Position numbers and translations under genes: made by a program. DNA of 64,000 nucleotides from an uncultured bacterium (lineage in GTDB: Bacteria > Patescibacteriota > Saccharimonadia > Saccharimonadales > 2-12-FULL-41-12), in the NCBI GenBank assembly GCA_963834265.1, contig CAWIAU010000001.1, positions 391,572 through 455,571 on the forward strand, written 5' to 3'. The notes under the pieces are model-generated. The model worked only from the letters and a program-made list of their open reading frames with translations. It was not told the DNA's origin and ran no database searches. This document shows, piece by piece, positions 45,224-54,479 of this stretch (its first letter is position 1; the number at the start of each line of letters is the position of its first letter).

Positions 45224-45322
45224 CGGAAACAGGCTTTTACAGCTTATTTTAGTTTACATGTGTGGCTTTTTATATCAGAAGAAAGACTTCATTCTTGCGG
45301 ATACATACTGGTGTGAGTTACC

Positions 45323-46015
45323 ATGAGCAGTATGAAAACGCGTGCAGACCTCTTGCTAAACGGGTCATTTGCTCAAAATGAGCGTGGGGCGATTAATCCA
45401 TTGCTCATACCACTGACTTTTGCGAGTATATTCTTTGCGGCGGCGCTGGGCTTCGGTGTCTGGGCTTATTCTGAACGCCAGAATTACAAAAATAATAGTG
45501 ATCAGCTCAGCGAAAAGGCTGTAACAATAGCGGTAGAGCGGGCCAATACGGCAAAAGATAACGATTTTCTGGAGAAAGAGAAACAGCCGTTCAGAACATA
45601 TCAGGGTAATGATTCTTTGGGCAGTTTTAGTGTCCAGTATCCGAAAACCTGGAGTGTATATAGCAACGATACGATAGGACAGGCCAGCGTGATCTTCCAT
45701 CCGCATTTCGTGCCGGCTAATAATAAAATAGCCTATGCCCTGAGGGTAGAAGTGATAGTCCGGCCTTATGATCAGGTGGCAACCAGCTTCGCAAATGATG
45801 TAAAATCCAGCAAGCTCAAAGCTGTTCCATATGCTTTGCCTAAGGTACCCACTGCCATCGGACTGCGTCTTGACGGTGAGCTAAAGGATAAAAAGCGGGG
45901 CACTATAGTAATCCTTCCGCTGCGTGATAAAACAATCCAGATTACCAGTGAATCAGAAAGTTTTGCCGGGGATCTGAACAATACAATTCTGCCCAATCTG
46001 ACCTTCATTCCATAA
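45323..46015 (+). CDS. hypothetical membrane-anchored protein
   Basis: TM LLIPLTFASIFFAAALGFGVWAY and an extracytoplasmic domain (FSVQYPKTWSVYSNDT...). Confidence 0.55.
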   Translation: MSSMKTRADLLLNGSFAQNERGAINPLLIPLTFASIFFAAALGFGVWAYSERQNYKNNSDQLSEKAVTIAVERANTAKDNDFLEKEKQPFRTYQGNDSLGSFSVQYPKTWSVYSNDTIGQASVIFHPHFVPANNKIAYALRVEVIVRPYDQVATSFANDVKSSKLKAVPYALPKVPTAIGLRLDGELKDKKRGTIVILPLRDKTIQITSESESFAGDLNNTILPNLTFIP

Positions 46016-46075
46016 AATAATTTACTCAAACTGGTGTATACTTTTCTGTAGGTATAGAGAGGGATCTCAGTCAAC

Positions 46076-46798
46076 ATGTCACATGACCAGAACAATGGCA
46101 ACGGAGTATTGGTTACGCCGGGACAGATGCTTAGCAGCCTGGCCCGTGAGCTCAAACATCCTCTGACATACATTTCCCGTCGTGCAGAATTATCCGTTGA
46201 TTCGGGTGACGATGCCGCACTGTCTGCCATTATGCAATCCGCCGCTAATGCATTGGCACTGATTGACAGCTATTTACTCAGCGCCCGCAGCGAATATGGT
46301 CAGCAACAGCTGCCACTCGAGCCGATAGGTATTGGCTCAGTACTTTTTGATGTCGCTCAGATACTGAATCAGTCCGCTCGAAGCCGTAACTGCACGTTAG
46401 AAGTAATAACCGGGCATGCCGGACCCGTCATGGCGCATGCAGAGGGGTTGCGGTCGGCTCTGACCTGTCTGACTTCACAATTGCTACTTTGTGACAGTGA
46501 TGAGTCCAAACCCCGTATAATTCGTCTTAACGCATACAAACAGAATTCTAATAGTCCTGTTGCCGCCGTGCTCGATCCTTATATAAAACTGAGTCAGAAG
46601 AATCTGTCTGTTGCCAGGCGTATGCAGGGCAGGTCGCATATGGCCCTCAGCTCACGCAGTATGGGATCTGGTGTTCATCTGGCAATAGCCGAAAGTCTGG
46701 CTCAATCTATCGGGGCGCGGCTTGATGTAGTACACCGACAAGGCATGTCCGGGTTTGGTTTACGTCTGATCAGAAGCGAACAGCTACAACTGGTATGA
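46076..46798 (+). CDS. cytoplasmic histidine-kinase-like protein with a degenerate ATP-binding domain
   Basis: H-box LARELKHPLTYISRRAEL and a G2-like GSGVHLAIAESLAQSIGARL. Clear N and G1 boxes were not found. No TM or sensor domain. Confidence 0.55.
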   Translation: MSHDQNNGNGVLVTPGQMLSSLARELKHPLTYISRRAELSVDSGDDAALSAIMQSAANALALIDSYLLSARSEYGQQQLPLEPIGIGSVLFDVAQILNQSARSRNCTLEVITGHAGPVMAHAEGLRSALTCLTSQLLLCDSDESKPRIIRLNAYKQNSNSPVAAVLDPYIKLSQKNLSVARRMQGRSHMALSSRSMGSGVHLAIAESLAQSIGARLDVVHRQGMSGFGLRLIRSEQLQLV

Positions 46799-47181
46799 GA
46801 ATTTTGCTGGTTGAACCAGCCGACGATCTGGGCAAAGTAGTGGCTCGTTCACTGGAACGGATTGATATGATCTGTGATCACGCTACAAACGCGCAAAGTG
46901 CGATCATTCTGGCTGATAACCACAAGCCGGACGCAGTTGTATTGGAGCTGGCAATGCCCGCACATAACGGCGCCGAATTTTTGTATGAATTCCGGTCGTA
47001 CACTGATTGGAATAATATACCGGTTATTTTTTATAGTCAGGTCTCAGCAGAGGAGTGCGGGCTTAATAATGAACAGCTTCAGCAACTTGGTGTGGTGGGA
47101 CATCTGTACAAACCCGTTACCTCACTGAAAACACTGCAAAACACACTCCTTGATGTCTTACACAAACTTCCAATGCGATGA
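46795..47181 (+). CDS. receiver-domain protein with Glu at the phospho-acceptor position
   Basis: MRILLVEPADD...PDAVVLELAMP...VIFYSQ...HLYKP. The expected D of the LD(L/V)MMP motif reads E. ATGA overlap with the kinase-like gene. Confidence 0.6.
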   Translation: MRILLVEPADDLGKVVARSLERIDMICDHATNAQSAIILADNHKPDAVVLELAMPAHNGAEFLYEFRSYTDWNNIPVIFYSQVSAEECGLNNEQLQQLGVVGHLYKPVTSLKTLQNTLLDVLHKLPMR

Positions 47182-47834
47182 ATCCATATCAGGATGCAGC
47201 CATCGTATTATCCCGCGTGAACTACGGTGAACGTGATCGCATACTGACTCTTCTGACACGGGAGCATGGCAAAATAGCAGTTATTGCTAAAGGGGTGCGT
47301 GCGTCTAAGAGCAAGCTGGCCGGCGGCATAGAACTGTTCAGCGAAACTGAAATCGGGGTTGTGAACGGTCGTGGGTCCATGGGAACATTGGTTTCAAGCA
47401 GGTTGCTGCGTCACCATAGTGGAATCGTTAAAGATCTGGATAGTACTAATCTGGCTTATTTCTTCCTGCAGACGCTTTACAAGATGCTTGAGGATGAAAC
47501 AGGACAGGAATACTACGATGTTCTGGCAGTTGGATTGGCTTCACTTGGAGATCCGGACTATGATGATATTATTGTTTCAGTCTGGTTTACGCTTCATGTA
47601 TTACGGCTTTCGGGTCGTTTGCCAAACCTCAGAACTGCGGGCGGGGAATCATTTGACTACGACTACGACAAACAACAATTTCAGGCTGTGGAGGACGGCA
47701 ATTTTAATCAGAATGATCTCAAAGCTCTCCGGCTGTGTGCTATTGCGTCCAAACCTCCGAAATTGCAAAATAAGCTGGACAGCGCCGATAAGCTCAATCG
47801 CCTGACTATTGCTTTACTGCAGGAAAGTGCGTAA
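47178..47834 (+). CDS. recO: DNA repair protein RecO
   Basis: DAAIVLSRVNYGERDRILTLLTREHGKIAVIAKGVRASKSKLAGGIELFSE is the typical RecO OB-fold N-terminus. Confidence 0.8.
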   Translation: MNPYQDAAIVLSRVNYGERDRILTLLTREHGKIAVIAKGVRASKSKLAGGIELFSETEIGVVNGRGSMGTLVSSRLLRHHSGIVKDLDSTNLAYFFLQTLYKMLEDETGQEYYDVLAVGLASLGDPDYDDIIVSVWFTLHVLRLSGRLPNLRTAGGESFDYDYDKQQFQAVEDGNFNQNDLKALRLCAIASKPPKLQNKLDSADKLNRLTIALLQESA

Positions 47835-47886
47835 AGGGCAATCATTCATTGCGTTTGAATAAATTTATGATACAGTAGGTATAATT

Positions 47887-48309
47887 ATGAGCGTAAGATC
47901 AAATATTGCCGTAGGACTTGCATGTCTTGGAGCCGGATTAGCTGGTGGTAAAGCATTTGCGGAGCTATCAACAATGCATGTAGGGGAACATAACGATCAG
48001 GCAGCTCTGTGTGCGGAAAACTGGCCTGATGTAGTAAAAACTGGTGGTAATATTGCTGTTGCAAGCTGCCAGCCGCTTGCGGATCGCTATGGTGAACTGG
48101 ATAAACAGGCGACTAAGGAAAAGTTTGTGGATGCACACAATAAAACATCGACTGAAGTTGCCAGAGAAGAAACTGTAGCCATAGGATTGGGTGGTGCGCT
48201 GGGTCTCGGTAGTGCCTTAACGATTATGTGGGCCTTAGGTCCTACGAGTGATCGCAGAAAAAATCTGGCAATTGAGAAGCGGAAGGCACTTTACTATGAG
48301 CTGGGATAA
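47887..48309 (+). CDS. small hypothetical membrane protein (TM at both ends)
   Basis: 140-aa ORF with N- and C-terminal hydrophobic segments. Confidence 0.45.
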   Translation: MSVRSNIAVGLACLGAGLAGGKAFAELSTMHVGEHNDQAALCAENWPDVVKTGGNIAVASCQPLADRYGELDKQATKEKFVDAHNKTSTEVAREETVAIGLGGALGLGSALTIMWALGPTSDRRKNLAIEKRKALYYELG

Positions 48310-48311
48310 TC

Positions 48312-48710
48312 ATGCGGGCTAGGGGTGCTATAGTCGCAGGTCTAGCTGCAAGCGCTTTTGCCTGGCTGGGCGAAGAGATGGTCATGCCCAACCCCGAATC
48401 TAATATTGGCGGAAAGGTAGCTGCGATAGAACGTACTCCGGATGTTGCTGTTTATGACGCTCGTATGATGCATATTGTTACTTATGCGGGTAGTCCGGCC
48501 GAAGAAATACAAGCAGATGCTACCAAAGATCTGCCATTGGCATATGAAGTGCCTCGCATTGCCGAACAAGCGGTTGCAAATCAGAATCAACTAATTCATA
48601 GTGCCGTTGTTGGCGGGGGAGTATTACTGATATGTCTTGCCGGCATAAATCAGGGATCTGGTCGGAGACCGGATGAAATGGATACACTTCGCAATGGAGC
48701 AATCGGCTAG
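48312..48710 (+). CDS. small hypothetical membrane protein (TM at both ends)
   Basis: 132-aa ORF with the same topology as the preceding gene, starting 3 nt after it. Confidence 0.45.
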   Translation: MRARGAIVAGLAASAFAWLGEEMVMPNPESNIGGKVAAIERTPDVAVYDARMMHIVTYAGSPAEEIQADATKDLPLAYEVPRIAEQAVANQNQLIHSAVVGGGVLLICLAGINQGSGRRPDEMDTLRNGAIG

Positions 48711-48747
48711 TACTCAGTACTGATTAGCGCTATAATCTGTTATCAAG

Positions 48748-50097
48748 ATGGCAGCGAGTTTAGAAGATATAGTTAGTTTGTGTAAACGCCGGGGATTTAT
48801 ATACCAGGGTTCTGAGATTTATGGCGGATTATCCGGTACCTATGACTACGGCCCGCTAGGGGTAGTGCTGAAGCGCAATATGGAAAATTTATGGTGGAAG
48901 ATGTATGTCGATGACCGCGAGGATATGTACGGTCTGGATTCAGCAATCCTGATGAACCAAAAAGTCTGGCAGGCCAGCGGCCACACAGAGACTTTCGCTG
49001 ATCCTTTAGTCGAGTGCAGTAACTGTAAAGCCCGTTTTCGTGAAGATCATTTGCATGAAGAACAAAAAGCCAAGAGCGGGATAGATATGTCGATGACCAT
49101 TATGTCTTGCCCCGCATGTGGCAAGGCTGGAACATTTGGCGAGGCAAAACAGTTCAATATGATGTTCAAGACAAGTGTTGGCCCTGTTGAAGACGAAACA
49201 TCTACTAGCTATCTTCGTCCGGAACTTGCTCAGGGTATGTTTGTGAATTACAAAAATGTTCTCGATACATTTTACCCTGACCTCCCATTTGGCCTGGCTC
49301 AGATCGGACGGACTTTTCGTAATGAAATTTCTCCACGCGAATTCATCTTTCGCGTACGTGAATTCAATCTGATGGAGTTGGAATATTTTGTCACCGCAGA
49401 CAAGTGGGAGAAATACTTCGATCACTGGCATCAGCAGTTCTATGCCTGGACAGATGCAATTGGTTTGGACAGGGGCAAAATCAAAGAACTAGACGTGCCG
49501 GAAGCGGACAGGGCACATTACAGCACCAAGACGATTGATTTTGAATACAAATTTTCATTTGGCACCAAAGAAATTGGTGCCGTTGCTTATCGCACTGATT
49601 TTGATTTGTCTAATCATATGAAGCACTCAGGGGTAAATATGGAGTACAACATCAAAGGTACGAACGAAAAACTGATTCCACACGTCATTGAGCCTACGTT
49701 CGGTCTGGACCGCAACCTGCTGGCAGTCATCAGTGAAGCTTATACCGAAGACGAGGTGAATGGCGAGCAGCGGATATATCTCAAGCTGCCGCACCATCTG
49801 GCGCCTGTCAAAGTCGCCGTATCGCCTCTGCTAAAAAATAAGCCGGAACTTGTGAACAAGGCGAGGGAAGTTTACGCCATGCTGAAAAAAGAATTCGGCA
49901 ATGTAATGTGGGACGACAACGGCAATATAGGTAAACGCTACCGTCGCCAGGACGAAATCGGTACCCCATACTGCGTTGTCATTGATTTTGAAACTCTGGA
50001 AGGCGAAACCAAAGACACCGTAACTATCCGGAACCGCGACACCACTAAACAGGAACGAATAAAGATAGCCGTACTTTCTGAATTTATCAAAGCCTGA
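48748..50097 (+). CDS. glyQS: glycyl-tRNA synthetase (dimeric GlyQS type)
   Basis: KRRGFIYQGSEIYGGLSGTYDYGPLG, FRNEISPREFIFRVREFNLMELEYF, and a C-terminal anticodon-binding domain. Confidence 0.9.
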   Translation: MAASLEDIVSLCKRRGFIYQGSEIYGGLSGTYDYGPLGVVLKRNMENLWWKMYVDDREDMYGLDSAILMNQKVWQASGHTETFADPLVECSNCKARFREDHLHEEQKAKSGIDMSMTIMSCPACGKAGTFGEAKQFNMMFKTSVGPVEDETSTSYLRPELAQGMFVNYKNVLDTFYPDLPFGLAQIGRTFRNEISPREFIFRVREFNLMELEYFVTADKWEKYFDHWHQQFYAWTDAIGLDRGKIKELDVPEADRAHYSTKTIDFEYKFSFGTKEIGAVAYRTDFDLSNHMKHSGVNMEYNIKGTNEKLIPHVIEPTFGLDRNLLAVISEAYTEDEVNGEQRIYLKLPHHLAPVKVAVSPLLKNKPELVNKAREVYAMLKKEFGNVMWDDNGNIGKRYRRQDEIGTPYCVVIDFETLEGETKDTVTIRNRDTTKQERIKIAVLSEFIKA

Positions 50098-50186
50098 TAG
50101 GTGAATAATAAATGGTTGCAATCAGCAGACTTTTTTGGATATAATTTATGTTAATATCATGTCAGAAGAACTATCAGAAAATAAAA

Positions 50187-50215
50187 TTGACATAAATTAT
50201 CGTGTGTATTATTAT
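50187..50215 (+). promoter_or_regulatory. consensus promoter TTGACA-17-TATTAT for ORF 50264
   Basis: -35 box at 50187-50192, 17-nt spacer, -10 box at 50210-50215. Confidence 0.5.
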
Positions 50216-50263
50216 ATGTTTAATTAATTTAAGATAATCGAAAGATTTGAGAAAGGTTTAATT

Positions 50264-50875
50264 GTGAGTACAGGATTTTCAGAAATTGGATACAGTCAAC
50301 AGGTTGACGGAGGGTTAACATGGTCAGGAAAAGGGACGCAGGACGCGTCAGGTGACGCAAATGTACACTTTGAGCAAGGGGTGGATAATGATGTAGCTGC
50401 TGCAAAAAAAGCTGCCACTGCCCGAAGACGCGAAGCATCTCTTGGCCGGGCAGCTTCCGCAAGACATGATCGCCAAAGGCTTGGAACTCATTTAATTGCT
50501 ACTGCAAGATTTACTTCAATGATTGGCCGACGCAGTCATGAACGGTCAGATGACCATGCGTGGGAGAGACTGAAAGGAACTATATTATCCCTGACTACAC
50601 CGGGAAGCGGGATGCCTACTCAGGAGATAAGTAGCGGTGTACCTGCAGTAGATGATCTGGCAGTTGATGGCCGGCCGGGTGCAAAAACATATGTGCCCGG
50701 GTTTAGAGCCCTTCATGCTCGTGATATGAACGGAGGAGACATGATTGATGTAACAGCAGTTGATCCTGCTAGTACCGCACTCGGAATGGTCCATGAAGTT
50801 GACGGTAACCCCGTGGTCCCATCTGCAGAGGCTGTCTTTTTGGCTGTGGAGCAGCGTAACCAAAGCCTGCTTTAA
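50264..50875 (+). CDS. hypothetical protein (203 aa orphan)
   Basis: GTG-initiated ORF behind a consensus promoter. No domain recognised. Confidence 0.45.
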   Translation: MSTGFSEIGYSQQVDGGLTWSGKGTQDASGDANVHFEQGVDNDVAAAKKAATARRREASLGRAASARHDRQRLGTHLIATARFTSMIGRRSHERSDDHAWERLKGTILSLTTPGSGMPTQEISSGVPAVDDLAVDGRPGAKTYVPGFRALHARDMNGGDMIDVTAVDPASTALGMVHEVDGNPVVPSAEAVFLAVEQRNQSLL

Positions 50876-50965
50876 TTTTCAGAATGAAATAGTTTACGGG
50901 AGACAGAGCCATTTTTTGATCCTGTCCGGGCAAACAGAGCGGAGTAATGGCATGACCGGACCAGT

Positions 50966-51840
50966 ATGAATCCGATTCTTATCGCTACGATTGCCGGAAT
51001 AATAACAGCACTCTGCTGGGGTACGGGTGACTGGCTGACGGGCAAAAGCAGCAAACGCATCGATAAATATATGATTAACTTTGCAGTGCAGTTTCCGGCG
51101 CCATAGATAATGCTGGCAGTAGTGCTGTTTTCGGAAATTAATGCTCCAACCCCGGAGCAGATACTTACGCTTTTTGTAGCGTCGATTCTTATCACTCTGG
51201 CTTACCTGGTTTTTATAAAAGCATTAGCCAAAGGGGCTGTGGGCATAATAGTGCCTCTTGCTAACATCTATCCGTTACTGACACTGTTATTGTCTGTAAT
51301 ATTCATGGGAAGCATCTTTTCGGGTAATCAAATGCTCGCCATGGTCACGATTGTAGCAGGTGCCGTAGTTCTGGCGTATGAAAAAAATCATAAAAAAATA
51401 CCCGCTAGAGCATTGTACAGAGAGTCTGTCCTGGCACTTTTGCCGCTGCTTTGTGGGGTATAGCATTCTTCCTGGTAGACACCATCGTGGATGAGGTGGC
51501 CTGGCAGGTAATGACAGGCCTTGTAGCTGTCTTTATGGCAGTTGAGGCCGGGATACTACTGGCATTAAGCAGTAAAAAAAATATTTTGACAGCAATGAAA
51601 ATATCGCTTAGTAATAGGGTCCCTGTTTTAGCCGGATTAGTATTTATTGCCGGATCTATAGCATTCTATTTTGGCTCTGACCGCGCAGGCAGTGTAATCA
51701 TCCCGGCTGTTATAGCATCAAGCGGACCACTCGTCGCTTCTATACTAGGTGCTGTCGTTGATAAGGAGAGAATCGGGGCATTAAAGAGAATGGGGGCGAT
51801 CATAATTGTCGCTGGTATTATCGCTCTGAATACACTTTAG
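50966..51840 (+). pseudogene. EamA/DMT-family transporter gene disrupted by an in-frame TAG and a -1 frameshift
   Basis: MNPILIATIAGIITALCWGTGDW... runs into TAG at 51104-51106 and resumes in the same frame (51110-51463). It then continues in the -1 frame (AAALWGIAFFLVD...) after the T-run at 51438-51441. Confidence 0.7.
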
Positions 51841-52106
51841 AACAAAGCAAAGTGGAGTAGTAATACCAGCTGGAACCGTTATACCCGAGCGGTAAACACA
51901 CAAAATATACTATCGTTTTTTGTCACGGCGCGATTTAAAAAACTGATAATTCTTACGACCTAATCGGGCAATCCGCCACCCAGCAAAATCTTTGGGATCC
52001 GGTAATACAACTAAATATGTTTCAAAGTAAGATATACGCTCTTATCTAATTGTAATAAAAGCAGGTATTTACAAATGCATCAAAAAAAGTATAAAGTAGT
52101 TAGATT

Positions 52107-53375
52107 ATGAGTGAACTGCGGAATGACGTCCCGGCCGGTAGTGATGCCATTAATTATGGAGCACCAGAACCAAAAATAATGCCTGTAACAGCTGGCGATC
52201 GTTCTATATCTGCGGGTTGTGAATCGACAGAGCGTGATCGGGCGGAGGAACTCATATCCAGACTAGACGGCAGGGAACAAGATATTTTAGGTCTCATGAC
52301 TCTCGGAATGAATAATAGTGAGATTGCTGACGAAGTACACTACTCTGAGTTCACTCTAAAGCAGCATTTCGTGCCTGCAATTTTTGCAAAATTAGAAATT
52401 TCTGAACCTGCCGGAGCACGCAAAAGAGCTGTCGCAATGCAAGTGGCGTGGTCGGGAGGGCTTCTGACGAGTGCTCAAGAAGCCGAAGCTGCCGGCGATG
52501 ACAAATTAGTTGCGACCCGGAAAGCAATTGCAGCAAACCGTATAAAAGATGACGACGTTATGCTAATGGAACGCTATCGTTTGACCATAGATCATATCCG
52601 CCTGGCAAAATTAATCGCACAGGGATTAGGCTACCCGCAAATTGCCGAAAGATGGTCTTTATCAAGAAGGACTATAAACGAGCGCGCAAAACAGGTAGAG
52701 ATACAATCCGGTTCCAGTGATGATATGTCGGATTTGGTTGCTATTCTTGCTAAACGCAAAACTCTGGCCGAAGTTAAGAATAAAAAAGATACTTTCGAAG
52801 TGGTATCACCCATTGATATAGAATCGAAAAAGACACTGGATAAGCTAACTGCAAAACAGAAAGACATGCTAGGTTTAACGACGCTCGGCGTAAATTTCAC
52901 TAGTATAAGCAGGAAATTTAAGCTGTCTCATCCAACTATACCTGCTTATATGACGAGCATTTATACGGCTCTGGGTATAGGCAAGCCGGAAATCGGCTCC
53001 ACTCGCCAAGAGGTTGCCCGCCAAATAGTCTGGTCGGCAGGACTGCTGATAGATGCTTTAACTTCAGATGATCCGGAGATGCTGCCGCACACACGCCAGG
53101 AATTAACCGATAACGGTTATGATAGGTATGCTGCAGAAATAATGAGTGTCCACGGGCTGACTATGGCACAACTTAAATTACTGAGTTACAAAGCCGAGCG
53201 TTTGAGTTTAGTTCAAATTTGCCAGCGTGCAGGAGTAACAGAATCAGGTTTGTCTAAGCGCTTTCGCCAAATAAATAAAAAACTGGGCTCGCAGGAAGCC
53301 ATGCACAGACTTGTAAAAGTGATCGCTGGCCGCGCAGGCAACACAGCATTAAGCACAGAGGCCATTCGTGAGTGA
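52107..53375 (+). CDS. protein with four LuxR/GerE-type HTH modules arranged as an internal duplication (A-B-A-B)
   Basis: REQDILGLMTLGMNNSEIADEVHYSEFTLKQHF; IRLAKLIAQGLGYPQIAERWSLSRRTINERAK; KQKDMLGLTTLGVNFTSISRKFKLSHPTIPAYM; LKLLSYKAERLSLVQICQRAGVTESGLSKRFRQ. Confidence 0.6.
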   Translation: MSELRNDVPAGSDAINYGAPEPKIMPVTAGDRSISAGCESTERDRAEELISRLDGREQDILGLMTLGMNNSEIADEVHYSEFTLKQHFVPAIFAKLEISEPAGARKRAVAMQVAWSGGLLTSAQEAEAAGDDKLVATRKAIAANRIKDDDVMLMERYRLTIDHIRLAKLIAQGLGYPQIAERWSLSRRTINERAKQVEIQSGSSDDMSDLVAILAKRKTLAEVKNKKDTFEVVSPIDIESKKTLDKLTAKQKDMLGLTTLGVNFTSISRKFKLSHPTIPAYMTSIYTALGIGKPEIGSTRQEVARQIVWSAGLLIDALTSDDPEMLPHTRQELTDNGYDRYAAEIMSVHGLTMAQLKLLSYKAERLSLVQICQRAGVTESGLSKRFRQINKKLGSQEAMHRLVKVIAGRAGNTALSTEAIRE

Positions 53376-53444
53376 GAACATATCGTTATCCTGATATTGC
53401 ATCGGATATATAGTATATATCAATCAATTTGTTAAGATACATAC

Positions 53445-53648
53445 ATGGCGAAGAAATTATATCGTTCAACAGATGATAAGATGATTGCCGGTGTATGCGG
53501 TGGTTTGGGCAGGTATTTTGATATTGATCCGGTGATTTTCCGGATTATTTTTATAATATTGCTGCTGCCGGGAGGACTGCCCGGTATCGTGCCATATATC
53601 ATCCTTTGGATTATTGTCCCCCAGGAACCGCACACCATAAAGAAATAG
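53445..53648 (+). CDS. PspC-domain membrane protein
   Basis: KKLYRSTDDKMIAGVCGGLGRYFDIDPVIFRIIFIIL is the PspC signature. Confidence 0.8.
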   Translation: MAKKLYRSTDDKMIAGVCGGLGRYFDIDPVIFRIIFIILLLPGGLPGIVPYIILWIIVPQEPHTIKK

Positions 53649-53654
53649 TGCAGC

Positions 53655-54224
53655 ATGAAAGAAATTCTCGGAGCTACTGCAACGGTCATAGCTTTTTGTA
53701 GCTACATACCTTATTTCAGAAATATTTTCAGAGGATTAACCAAACCACATGCTTTTAGCTGGCTGATCTGGTCCATTCTAACGGGGATAGGTTTTGCGGC
53801 TCAAGTCTATGATGATGGTGGTCCCGGGGCCTGGGCTACGGGTTTCACTGCTGGTATGTGCTTCGTCGTATTTCTCGTGGCTCTGAAAAGTGGCGAAAAA
53901 GATATTACAAATAGTGATTGGCTATGTCTGTCCGGTGCATTTATCGCAATTGGTTTGTGGGCTGTTACCAGCAACCCGTTAACATCAGTAATACTCATTA
54001 CACTGATTGATGCGCTGGGTTTCATCCCTACTTTTCGCAAGTCATTCCATAAGCCGCATCAGGAAACAGCTCTGACGTATGGATTGTCAGCACTGAAGTT
54101 CATGTTTGCTATACCGGCCCTGAGTAATATTACACTTGTAACCACTCTGTATCCTGCATCTCTGATAGTAATGAATGGTTTGTTTGTCATGATGTTATTA
54201 ATTCGCAGAAAGCAGATAGTATAA
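53655..54224 (+). CDS. hypothetical polytopic membrane protein
   Basis: 189 aa with ~6 TM segments. No family assigned. Confidence 0.5.
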   Translation: MKEILGATATVIAFCSYIPYFRNIFRGLTKPHAFSWLIWSILTGIGFAAQVYDDGGPGAWATGFTAGMCFVVFLVALKSGEKDITNSDWLCLSGAFIAIGLWAVTSNPLTSVILITLIDALGFIPTFRKSFHKPHQETALTYGLSALKFMFAIPALSNITLVTTLYPASLIVMNGLFVMMLLIRRKQIV

Positions 54225-54463
54225 TGAGCAAAGAAAAAATGTCGCATAAGGGTGAAAAAGTCAGTACTTCGGAAAAAGCTGCTAAATTTTACAGGAATTT
54301 GAATATTATAGGAGCAATTGCACTCGGTGGAGCGGCAGTCATCGCACCACCGGCTATTGCCGCACCCGCAGCAGTTCTGGCCGGAATAAATGTACTGGAA
54401 GCCGGAGGCGGTGAAGCCCTGCGTCGTCACCGCAAACGCAAACGTCTGAAAAAGTCCGGCTAA
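54224..54463 (+). CDS. small hypothetical membrane protein with a basic tail
   Basis: 79 aa with a hydrophobic core (IIGAIALGGAAVIAPPAIAAPAAVLAG) and an RRHRKRKRLKK tail. Its start overlaps the previous stop. Confidence 0.4.
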   Translation: MSKEKMSHKGEKVSTSEKAAKFYRNLNIIGAIALGGAAVIAPPAIAAPAAVLAGINVLEAGGGEALRRHRKRKRLKKSG

Positions 54464-54479
54464 TATAAAGAACCCGGCT

